Shown one piece after another: positions 1-8,460 of a DNA stretch of 64,000 nt. A model generated the notes under the pieces. The model did no database searches. It saw only the letters and a list, made by a program, of their open reading frames with translations, and was not told the DNA's origin. The stretch's first letter is position 1; each line of letters opens with the position of its first letter. This DNA comes from an uncultured virus (IMG/VR IMGVR_UViG_3300031963_000084) (taxonomy: Duplodnaviria; Heunggongvirae; Uroviricota; Caudoviricetes), in the IMG/VR virus record IMGVR_UViG_3300031963_000084; one strand, given 5' to 3'. Both the position numbers and the translations under genes were made by a program.

Positions 1-3000
1 GTACCACTCGTACCAGATGATCCACTACTGCCTGCATTTCCAGCTAAAGCTAATGTAAACGCTGATTGAAAAGGAAAATTTCCTACGGAAGGGCCTAATG
101 TGTTAATTGTTACGTTAAAAGTATAATATCCTCCTACAGTGGTATACGACGATGATCTAATTAAATAATGTGCAAATGAATTTTCTGTATCAAGATCTGT
201 TACTTTAACCCCTGCTTTTATAGAACCGGTTATAGTGCCTATTGTATCAAGCCATTTTTTATAATCGGCTCCAAATTTATCGTATCTAGAAACATATATG
301 GATACATTAGTACCAAAATTATCATTATAAAACAATATTGATCCGGATGTTGGTACTGGGGTTCCTGGTAAATACTGTTTACCTACTAAAAACATGGTAT
401 CACCGCCGAATTGTCCCCGACTACCGCTACTGCCACTTGTGCCACTTGTGCCACTTGTGCCACTTGTGCCACTTGTGCCACTTGTGCCACTTGTGCCACT
501 GCTACCACTGCTACCACTGCTACCACTGCTACCGCTACTACCACTTGTACCGGTTGTGCCACTACTTCCACTACTACCACTTGTACCGGTTGTGCCGCTG
601 CTGCCTCTTGAACCGGTTGAACCACTGCTACCACTTGTGCCGCTACTACCACTTGATCCGCTTGTACCACTACTACCACTTGTGCCAGTTGTGCCGCTAC
701 TACCACTTGATCCGCTTGTACCACTACTACCACTTGTGCCGGTAGTTCCGCTACTACCACTTGTGCCGGTAGTTCCGCTACTACCACTTGTGCCGGTAGT
801 TCCGCTGCTACCACTTGATCCGCTACTGCCTCTTGAACCGGTTGAACCACTGCTACCACTTGTACCAGTTGTGCCGCTACTACCACTAGATCCACTTGAT
901 CCACTACTACCACTACTACCACTACTACCACTACTACCACTTGTACCGGCAGTTCCACTACTACCACTCGTACCGGATGATCCACTTGTACCGGTAGTTC
1001 CACTACTTCCACTTGTACCGGTAGTTCCACTACTTCCACTTGTACCGGTAGTTCCACTACTTCCACTTGTACCTGATGTACCATTACTACCACTCGTACC
1101 AGATGATCCACTACTACCACTCGTACCAGATGATCCACTACTTCCACTTGTACCTGTAGTTCCGCTACTTCCACTTGTACCGGTAGTTCCGCTACTTCCA
1201 CTTGTACCGGTAGTTCCGCTGCTACCACTAGTACCGGCAGTACCGGCAGTTCCGCTACTACCACTAGTACCGGCAGTTCCGCTGCTACCACTTGTACCTG
1301 TAGTTCCACTACTACCACTTGTGCCGGTAGTTCCACTACTACCACTACTACCACTAGTACCTGATGTGCCATTGCTACCACTTGTACCGGAAGAACCACT
1401 ACTACCGCTCGTACCTGTAGTTCCGCTACTACCGCTCGTACCTGTAGTTCCGCTACTTCCACTTGTACCTGTAGTTCCGCTACTTCCACTTGTACCGGAA
1501 GAACCACTACTTCCGTTTATACCACTTGTACCTGCCGTACCATTGCTACCGCTTGTACCAGAAGAACCACTTGTGCCGGTAGTTCCGCTACTACCACTCG
1601 TACCGGATGATCCACTACTACCACTCGTACCGGATGATCCACTACTACCACTCGTACCAGATGATCCACTACTACCACTTGTGCCGGTTGTGCCGCTACT
1701 ACCACTTGTGCCGGTAGTTCCACTGCTGCCTGTTATACCACTACTACCACTTGTACCGAAACTGGTACCACTACTGCCTCCTGTACCAGCGGATCCTGTG
1801 CTACCGCTACTACCACCGCTGCCGCTACTACCACTGCTACCGCTACTACCACTCGTACCGGATGATCCACTACTACCGCTACTACCACTCGTACCACTGG
1901 TACCACTACTACCACTAGTACCACTGGTACCACTACTACCCGCAGATCCGCTGCTACCGCTACTACCGGTAGTTCCGTTGCTACCACTACTACCACTTAT
2001 ACCACTGCTACCACTTGTACCGGTAGTTCCGCTGCTACCACAACTGCCACTTGTACCTGTAGTTCCACTACTACCACTTGTACCGAAACTAGTGCCACTA
2101 CTACCTCCTGTACCGGCGGATCCTGTAGATCCAGAAGAACCGCTGCTTCCAATTATACCACTGCTACCACTTGTACCTGTAGTTCCGCTGCTACCACTTG
2201 TACCTGTAGTTCCACTGCTACCACTTGTACCTGTAGTTCCACTACTACCACTTGTACCACTACTACCTGTGGTACCGCTACTACCACTACTGCCAATTAT
2301 ACCACTACTTCCGCTTGTACCGCTTGTGCCGGTAGTTCCACTACTACCACTTGTACCGGTTGTGCCACTACTTCCACTTGTACCTGTAGTTCCACTTGTA
2401 CCGCTCGTGCCGCTACTGCCACTGCTACCAATTATACCACTACTTCCGCTTGTACCACTTGTACCAAAACTGGTGCCACTGCTTCCTCCGGTACCAGCAG
2501 TACCCGCTGATCCAGTAGATCCACTACTACCAACTGTACCTGATGTACCACTACTACCGCCGGTGCCACTGGTACCAATACTACCGCTACTACCACTAGT
2601 ACCATATGTCTGTCCACTTGTGCCACTACTACCATTACCACATGCTTTTACAGCTATGGCATATCCCGAGACATTAGTACTAAATTTTATTAAAGCTAAA
2701 TTACTGTTAACAAGTTCTATTGTAGTAGGAATTAATTGATTAAAATCGTTGTCATATACTTGTATTATTACAATTGCTGAGGATAGATTATGATCAAAAT
2801 TCCAAATAGTAGACGGAGTAGAAAACTCTTTATATATACCCGAATCACAATTACCACCACCTCCTCCACCACAAGCAATTTCAGCCTGTAAAGATTCTAT
2901 TATTTTAAGAAAAGGTTTTAAGCTAGCATCATTTATGCCTGATCTAGCTTTTTTATAATCCTTTATTGCGTTAGTTAAAGTACACGCATTTGGAGGACAA

Positions 3001-3023
3001 ATATTATGATTACAACTTGCCAT
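1..3023 (-). CDS. Gly-Ser/Thr (SSGTSG) repeat fibre-like virion protein, partial (runs off the window start)
   Basis: Not in the ORF track. ATG at 3023 reads MASCNHNICPPNACTLTNAIKDY...WNFDHNLSSAIVIIQVYDNDFNQLIP..., then about 740 codons of G-x-x repeats (about 420-2640), a globular stretch (about 50-410), and repeats resuming at the window edge. TATTTATA lies 4 nt upstream. Confidence 0.85.
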   Translation of the reverse strand, partial: MASCNHNICPPNACTLTNAIKDYKKARSGINDASLKPFLKIIESLQAEIACGGGGGGNCDSGIYKEFSTPSTIWNFDHNLSSAIVIIQVYDNDFNQLIPTTIELVNSNLALIKFSTNVSGYAIAVKACGNGSSGTSGQTYGTSGSSGSIGTSGTGGSSGTSGTVGSSGSTGSAGTAGTGGSSGTSFGTSGTSGSSGIIGSSGSSGTSGTSGTTGTSGSSGTTGTSGSSGTTGTSGTSGSSGIIGSSGSSGTTGSSGTSGSSGTTGTSGSSGTTGTSGSSGTTGTSGSSGIIGSSGSSGSTGSAGTGGSSGTSFGTSGSSGTTGTSGSCGSSGTTGTSGSSGISGSSGSNGTTGSSGSSGSAGSSGTSGTSGSSGTSGTSGSSGSSGSSGTSGSSGSSGSSGSGGSSGSTGSAGTGGSSGTSFGTSGSSGITGSSGTTGTSGSSGTTGTSGSSGSSGTSGSSGSSGTSGSSGSSGTSGSSGTTGTSGSSGTSGSNGTAGTSGINGSSGSSGTSGSSGTTGTSGSSGTTGTSGSSGTTGTSGSSGSSGTSGSNGTSGTSGSSGSSGTTGTSGSSGTTGTSGSSGTAGTSGSSGTAGTAGTSGSSGTTGTSGSSGTTGTSGSSGTTGTSGSSGSSGTSGSSGSSGTSGSNGTSGTSGSSGTTGTSGSSGTTGTSGSSGTTGTSGSSGTSGSSGTAGTSGSSGSSGSSGSSGSSGSSGSSGTTGTSGSSGSTGSRGSSGSSGSSGTTGTSGSSGTTGTSGSSGTTGTSGSSGTSGSSGSSGTTGTSGSSGTSGSSGSSGTSGSSGSTGSRGSSGTTGTSGSSGSSGTTGTSGSSGSSGSSGSSGSSGTSGTSGTSGTSGTSGTSGTSGSSGSRGQFGGDTMFLVGKQYLPGTPVPTSGSILFYNDNFGTNVSIYVSRYDKFGADYKKWLDTIGTITGSIKAGVKVTDLDTENSFAHYLIRSSSYTTVGGYYTFNVTINTLGPSVGNFPFQSAFTLALAGNAGSSGSSGTSG
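421..2640. repeat. Coding tandem repeat with a degenerate 9-bp period (Gly-x-x; GSS/GTS/GTT)
   Basis: CCACTACTA/CCACTTGTA-type units throughout, including a perfect (TGCCACTTG)x7 at 431-493. Confidence 0.95.
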
Positions 3024-3077
3024 TTGTTATAAATATAAAACTAATTTAGTTATATATAATAACAATTTTTTATAATA

Positions 3078-3236
3078 TTATTTCCAAGCACCTGATACTT
3101 TAACAAACGGAGTAGTTACTTTCCACACCCCGCTTATTTTTATATAAGCTGTAGCCAGCTTCCAAACGCCCGCTACTTTTACCCAAAACTTCTGTGGTGG
3201 AGCCGCTCCTTGATTGGATAAAATTGTTAATAACAT
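3078..3236 (-). CDS. Small 52-aa protein with three (F/W/Y)(V/I)K(V/I)xGxWK repeats, tail-fibre-associated type
   Basis: Manual translation: MLLTILSNQGAAPPQKFWVKVAGVWKLATAYIKISGVWKVTTPFVKVSGAWK*; below the ORF-track length cut-off. Confidence 0.75.
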   Translation of the reverse strand: MLLTILSNQGAAPPQKFWVKVAGVWKLATAYIKISGVWKVTTPFVKVSGAWK

Positions 3237-3250
3237 AATATTTCAGAAAA

Positions 3251-3412
3251 TTAAGAATTTCTTAATTGATTTAATGTATTTTCGGTTTCCAATATTTGAG
3301 CCTCAATTTTATTTATCATATCATAATCTCCTAATTGAATATATGATATTTTTAAAGCTTTTAGAAACTCTAAACGAGTGTTACAAAAATTTATTAAGTC
3401 GTTAATAGTCAT
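3251..3412 (-). CDS. Small 53-aa helical hairpin/coiled-coil protein
   Basis: Manual translation: MTINDLINFCNTRLEFLKALKISYIQLGDYDMINKIEAQILETENTLNQLRNS*; co-oriented with its neighbours and fills the gap between them. Confidence 0.7.
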   Translation of the reverse strand: MTINDLINFCNTRLEFLKALKISYIQLGDYDMINKIEAQILETENTLNQLRNS

Positions 3413-3429
3413 AGTTAGTTTTAGAAATT

Positions 3430-5037
3430 TTATACTAAAACAATTAATTCATTATTAACAGCTGTTAAATGTGATTGTAACAATATAACATCGTATTTAT
3501 CGGATCCATCTATAGCACAATATGCGGCTAAACGTTTACCTACAGCTGCTGTACCTGCCTGTAAATAATCCGTCGGCACATATGGACTCAATACACGATT
3601 TTGAACGTCGAATCTAAAAATTTGATTAACAGCGGATGCTGTATATATATTCATGTAAAACATTCTACCTTCACTTCCAAAGGGAGCATAAGCACCACAT
3701 GTGCCTACGGTTAATGCAACGCCTCCATCATATGTTATGTTACCGGTCCAATTGCCTGTAGTACCACCGGCTATATCAAGTAGGTCTAAAGTAGTAGCGC
3801 CGCCTCTAAAGAAATAACAAAAACTGTGTCTTGCATTTCTAGCAACGTCTGGGACAATTCCAAAACTAGGAGACCAAACGCCACCACTTGCATTTACTGC
3901 CGGTGCCACTCCAAAATAAGTTGTAGACCAAGCATTTGAAGCTATAGTATTTGTACCGTTGTTTATAGATGCATCTGTATAATTCCACGTGTAAACGGTG
4001 GTGGTACCTGAACTTCTTAATAAAATTAAATTTGGTAGTTCAATTACATATTTAGCTGTACTAGATGGTTGTGTAGACCAAGCCGTACCAAGTGTATATA
4101 CAGGACTCGTCCCCGCTGTATGCGATGCTATAATTCTACGTTGACCCACCGCGGCAGGAGTACCAGTATCTTCAACAATTCTTATTTGAAAATTACGATA
4201 TTCATTAATTGCAACTACAGCGTCTCCTCCAGATGATTGACCTGTTAAACTACTTGCACCAGTTGCTGTAGCTGTTAAACAGTTTAAACTGCCGCTATTA
4301 TACGTACCTGATCCAACTATCATTCCTTCACCGGGTATCAACGTATAAGGCACATATTGTTCGTCTAAAGTAACAAAATCACTATCAGTTGCAATTGTAG
4401 CAGGTAATCCGGTTGTACTTAAACCTGTAGATAAAGTATTTGTAGCTACTTCAAAACTTCTCCAAATATTGGAAGCAGTTGTACCGGCTCCCAACATAAA
4501 TACACGACCTCCCAAAATTTCATATCTGTCACCTGAAGCAGGTGTAAACGTAAAAGGAGAATCTACGTTAATTGTAGGTGTGGTACCGGATGTATTTGCT
4601 ACAATATATCTTTCTTCGGTTTTTCCCGAACCAAATCCTATAATTCTTATTTTAAAACCGTAATCACCACTACCACCACGATTTGCTAACATATTTGTTC
4701 CTACAGCGGTTGCGAGTGCTGTTGATAATATTACTGATGTAGTTGTAGCACCAGCCGCGATTGTGCCTACAGCACCGAAGCTGGGGGCGAATGTCATAGC
4801 AGAACCAGCGCCAAACGTACCTGCTAAAGCAGGCGACACTACAAGTGACCAACCTTTTGTAATTATATTTTGTCTATTCAATACAGTATTAGATACTAAT
4901 TGATATGCAAATGGATTACGTGACGTATCATTTCTGAGATCACTTGTCATTGACGTTGCAGCCGCATGTGCATTCGGTGCGGACGGAACTTGTATCCACA
5001 TTAAACGATCTATTACTTTTTTAAATGTATTTGCCAT
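3430..5037 (-). CDS. Putative virion/tail-associated adhesin-like protein (535 aa)
   Basis: Thr/Gly/Ala-rich beta-type protein with two copies of the 'IRI..GQRRII.SHT..T...P.ST.KYVI' module also seen in the 948-aa neighbour. Confidence 0.6.
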   Translation of the reverse strand: MANTFKKVIDRLMWIQVPSAPNAHAAATSMTSDLRNDTSRNPFAYQLVSNTVLNRQNIITKGWSLVVSPALAGTFGAGSAMTFAPSFGAVGTIAAGATTTSVILSTALATAVGTNMLANRGGSGDYGFKIRIIGFGSGKTEERYIVANTSGTTPTINVDSPFTFTPASGDRYEILGGRVFMLGAGTTASNIWRSFEVATNTLSTGLSTTGLPATIATDSDFVTLDEQYVPYTLIPGEGMIVGSGTYNSGSLNCLTATATGASSLTGQSSGGDAVVAINEYRNFQIRIVEDTGTPAAVGQRRIIASHTAGTSPVYTLGTAWSTQPSSTAKYVIELPNLILLRSSGTTTVYTWNYTDASINNGTNTIASNAWSTTYFGVAPAVNASGGVWSPSFGIVPDVARNARHSFCYFFRGGATTLDLLDIAGGTTGNWTGNITYDGGVALTVGTCGAYAPFGSEGRMFYMNIYTASAVNQIFRFDVQNRVLSPYVPTDYLQAGTAAVGKRLAAYCAIDGSDKYDVILLQSHLTAVNNELIVLV

Positions 5038-5056
5038 GTATAAAAAAATTTAATAT

Positions 5057-5515
5057 TTATGTTATTCTACTTCTTACTATATCATACCAAGCAGATGTGT
5101 TAGATCCTCTTGTTAATAATTGTGCTTGATCAGTACCAATACCTGCTATATTTGTAATCGATGATACTGTAGTGACTGTAGTGACTGTGGTAACTGTGGT
5201 AACTGTGGTAACTGTGGTAACTGTGGTAACTGTTGGAAGCGCGACGCCAGCGGTTATAGAATCAATTGTGATACGTTGACGTTGTGCTGAATCAACAACT
5301 TGACTTGATTCATTCACCTTTACTAACCGTTGCATCAACGCTAAAAGTGAATCGTTACGATTGGAAACAACAGGATACGGATTATCAACACTAACATCGA
5401 TTGCTACGCCGTCGCCACCAAACGTTGGTTTGATGCGTTGATAAAGTATGCCTCCAATATCGTCAGCGGCTACTGTTGCTCCTACACCCGGTGTATATCC
5501 TACGTTATCTGCCAT
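5057..5515 (-). CDS. Hypothetical virion-associated protein with a (TVT)n tract (152 aa)
   Basis: ORF with an upstream TATTTATA motif; 9-bp tandem repeats at about 5165-5232 encode TVTTVTTVTT... Confidence 0.7.
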   Translation of the reverse strand: MADNVGYTPGVGATVAADDIGGILYQRIKPTFGGDGVAIDVSVDNPYPVVSNRNDSLLALMQRLVKVNESSQVVDSAQRQRITIDSITAGVALPTVTTVTTVTTVTTVTTVTTVTTVSSITNIAGIGTDQAQLLTRGSNTSAWYDIVRSRIT

Positions 5516-5555
5516 ATAATATAAATATTATTAATCTATATATTTCTATTTTATT

Positions 5556-8402
5556 TTACCAAAATATTAAACATCTAAAACATTCTTGAAATGAAGAACG
5601 ATTTAACCACATATACTTTAATCCATCTTTGGTAGTAAATATCTCCATACGATTTCCCAGTACAGCGGTCGGCGCGACGTATGGGAACATACCACCACCA
5701 TTAATTTTTCCTGTTACAACATCCAATGAATATACACGTTGTGTAGCGTCCTTATGGAAGAATATACGATCCATACCATCGTATGCTGTCATAGTTCCGG
5801 TCGTTAATGTTTCTGTTGCGGGTGACGTAAACATTAAATTAAATCTATCGGTGGTTAAATCCCATCGATCAAATCCAATAACACCACCTCCACGAACAAT
5901 ATACGCATATCTACCGCGTATATTTGAATCACTCGTACCGAAAGCCCAATTCATACTTGTACCAGTGCTTTTTACAGTAGATTCTAATATTACATATCCA
6001 CTAACACCATTTGTGGGCGCGGTGGCAGTAGAAAATGTTAATGTATTATTAGTATTGCTAGTGATTGCAAGTTCTTGTGGACCAGCACCTACGGAAGTAA
6101 GAATACGAACACGTTTACCCGCATATCCGTTTACTACCCATCCAGAAGTCATAGTTATACCTGTATTTGTACTTGTACACGCTTGACTAATAGTGTATGT
6201 TCCAGCACCACCGGTACCCGTTCCAAATGAAATAATTACTGTGCCAGTAGGAATACCTGTACCCGATACAGCGTGACCGACAAACAATTGACCAGATGCA
6301 ACAGCCGTAACCGTGATTGTTGTACTATTTAGAGTATTATTTACAGTAAATGAACCCACTTTTGTCGTATCTTGTAATGTTGTTGTGCTTTGCGTTCCTG
6401 TCGCGACACCACTATCTGCCGCACCAATTGCAGAAGACGCACAAATACTATAACGAGATACTCCGTTTATAGGAGCATTACCAACACCAACAAATGTTAA
6501 TGTTGTTGCTGTATTACTTGCTATACGTACACCTTGACCAGTCGATAGACCAGAAGCAGCGGTAACAGCGGCTGTATTTAAATAAACTGTAAATCCAGCC
6601 CATTGATTTGTGGTCCAATTCTTTGTTGCGTCAGTTAACGTTGTTGTGCTTTGTGAACCAACGATTGTAGTAACCGCTGGTGTACCGGCCATCGTGTATG
6701 TGAATGAAGTTGCGGTAGGTACAGTAGCAATCACAACATTTGTTACGTTGAAGTTAGAGTCGGTTGCACCTCTAACAGTTACAAGATCACCAATTCTAAA
6801 TTGATGAGGATGTGCAGTTGTCACGGTAGCTGTAGTTGTAGCATTAGCTAACGTTGATATAGCAATTGGTAAATTACCAGCAACCGTAGCAGAAGCATTT
6901 CTTGCTATTCCAAAATCTTGTTGACGACCCCAACTTTCAACCATTGAATCTAAATTATGAATCAACATGCCGGCTATACCGCCTAATTGTATATATACTT
7001 TACCGGGATCTCCTTGTATTGTATATACGGATGTATTGTCAGGATTTGTATCCCACGAACCAATTATTGTAATTGCTGTGGATGTATTGCTAGCAATAGG
7101 ACGAACTTGTCCAGCGCCTGTACCGGACATAATACGTACTACATAATTTGTCCAACGATTAACGGACCAAGATTTCGTACTGTCCGTGATAGAAGTTGAT
7201 GCACCTGACGTAGCTATGCCAGCGTCAAATCCTATGATAAAATATCTACTCGTACTATCGGGCGCGGTACCTGCACTTGACCACGTTAATGTATTTGATG
7301 TATTACTTACAATTTGACGAATCTGTCCTTCGCCTGTTCCAGAATAAATATAGACCCAATAATTTAACCATTGATTTGTTGACCACGCAGCCATACTAAC
7401 ACCTAGAGTATTATCTACAAGAGTAGTTGTTGTGCCGGAACTAGCTTTACCTCTATACCAAATAGACGAATTTTCCGTTGTTCTTTCAATCGTACAATCT
7501 GTACCAACCGCTGCAAACATGTTTGTATATGCTGGTAATACGTACCAAATATCAGTAAGTATATCATACGCTTGAACGGTATGAAATGGTGTAGCAGCTG
7601 CACTACTAACTAAACCTACCATACCAGACTGTATACGATAAACAGATGTACTGTCCGGTGTAACGGACCAAGCACTGTCAACGGTTAATGTTTGAGATTC
7701 AATTGCATACACCGCTTGAGAACCTGCCGTTGCAACGATAGCCGGAGAAAAAACAGCAGGATTATTCCAATATTTATTCGCCTGAGTCGTATCGCCCATC
7801 GTTATAACGGTCGCTGTATTTGACAATATACGACGAATTTGGCTAACACCCGTGTTACCTGTTATACGCAATGAATAATTAGCATGAATATTTCCACTCC
7901 AAGATTTAGTACTATCGGTAATGTTTAGCGAACCGATGGTGTTGCTAACAGCAGTTACAACTCCGGTATCAATAGCAATCGGATCCGCCACGGCGGTAAT
8001 TGTACGGCGTTGACCAGCACCCGTGCCAGATACGATAACAATATCATAACCGACCATACTTTGCATTGTTACAGCAGCAACTGTTATAGAATTTGATGTA
8101 GCTGCAATTGTAATGCCTTCGGGGCCCAACCCACCTGAAAATTTCATTGAACTAAATGTTGCAGGTGCAATCGGAGGTGACGACAATTGTTGATACATAT
8201 CTGTCCATGTATCATACCTAAAAAATTGTGTGGCACTGATTAAATAGTAAATGTATCTACCATATTCAGCTTGATTAAAATCACCGTTGTCGGCTGCACA
8301 AGTTGAACTGATCGCTGAACTTACGGCAGGCGCAAACCGTGTCCACTCCCATGTAGGAATATCTGTTTGTAAACTTAATGTATTACTTGCAATTGTAGGC
8401 AT
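5556..8402 (-). CDS. Putative virion/tail-associated repeat protein (948 aa)
   Basis: About 6 copies of a ~75-aa module (G.A.SG.TT.L.D..K.W..NQW....V.I.SGTG.GQ.R.I.SNT...LT....PD.TS.Y.I) inserted among kelch/propeller-like 'RYDT.TD.Y/W' segments. Confidence 0.65.
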   Translation of the reverse strand: MPTIASNTLSLQTDIPTWEWTRFAPAVSSAISSTCAADNGDFNQAEYGRYIYYLISATQFFRYDTWTDMYQQLSSPPIAPATFSSMKFSGGLGPEGITIAATSNSITVAAVTMQSMVGYDIVIVSGTGAGQRRTITAVADPIAIDTGVVTAVSNTIGSLNITDSTKSWSGNIHANYSLRITGNTGVSQIRRILSNTATVITMGDTTQANKYWNNPAVFSPAIVATAGSQAVYAIESQTLTVDSAWSVTPDSTSVYRIQSGMVGLVSSAAATPFHTVQAYDILTDIWYVLPAYTNMFAAVGTDCTIERTTENSSIWYRGKASSGTTTTLVDNTLGVSMAAWSTNQWLNYWVYIYSGTGEGQIRQIVSNTSNTLTWSSAGTAPDSTSRYFIIGFDAGIATSGASTSITDSTKSWSVNRWTNYVVRIMSGTGAGQVRPIASNTSTAITIIGSWDTNPDNTSVYTIQGDPGKVYIQLGGIAGMLIHNLDSMVESWGRQQDFGIARNASATVAGNLPIAISTLANATTTATVTTAHPHQFRIGDLVTVRGATDSNFNVTNVVIATVPTATSFTYTMAGTPAVTTIVGSQSTTTLTDATKNWTTNQWAGFTVYLNTAAVTAASGLSTGQGVRIASNTATTLTFVGVGNAPINGVSRYSICASSAIGAADSGVATGTQSTTTLQDTTKVGSFTVNNTLNSTTITVTAVASGQLFVGHAVSGTGIPTGTVIISFGTGTGGAGTYTISQACTSTNTGITMTSGWVVNGYAGKRVRILTSVGAGPQELAITSNTNNTLTFSTATAPTNGVSGYVILESTVKSTGTSMNWAFGTSDSNIRGRYAYIVRGGGVIGFDRWDLTTDRFNLMFTSPATETLTTGTMTAYDGMDRIFFHKDATQRVYSLDVVTGKINGGGMFPYVAPTAVLGNRMEIFTTKDGLKYMWLNRSSFQECFRCLIFW

Positions 8403-8460
8403 AAAATATTATATAATATAAGTATCTTTATTTTATATGTTTTTTATTTTTATTTTATTT

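Noticed and set aside
421..2640. Possible CRISPR array or non-coding satellite
   Set aside because: No constant repeat with unique spacers; the 9-bp period varies mainly at synonymous positions, indicating protein coding.
338..2739. Long ORF-track ORFs (PLLPLV..., VVVAEL..., CHLCHL...) over the repeat region
   Set aside because: Antisense and off-frame shadows of the Gly-Ser-Thr repeat; the real gene is the minus-strand frame starting at 3023, which has an upstream motif and globular domains.
3214..3405. Plus-strand 63-aa ORF
   Set aside because: Overlaps two better minus-strand small genes (3078-3236 and 3251-3412) that are co-oriented with the operon.
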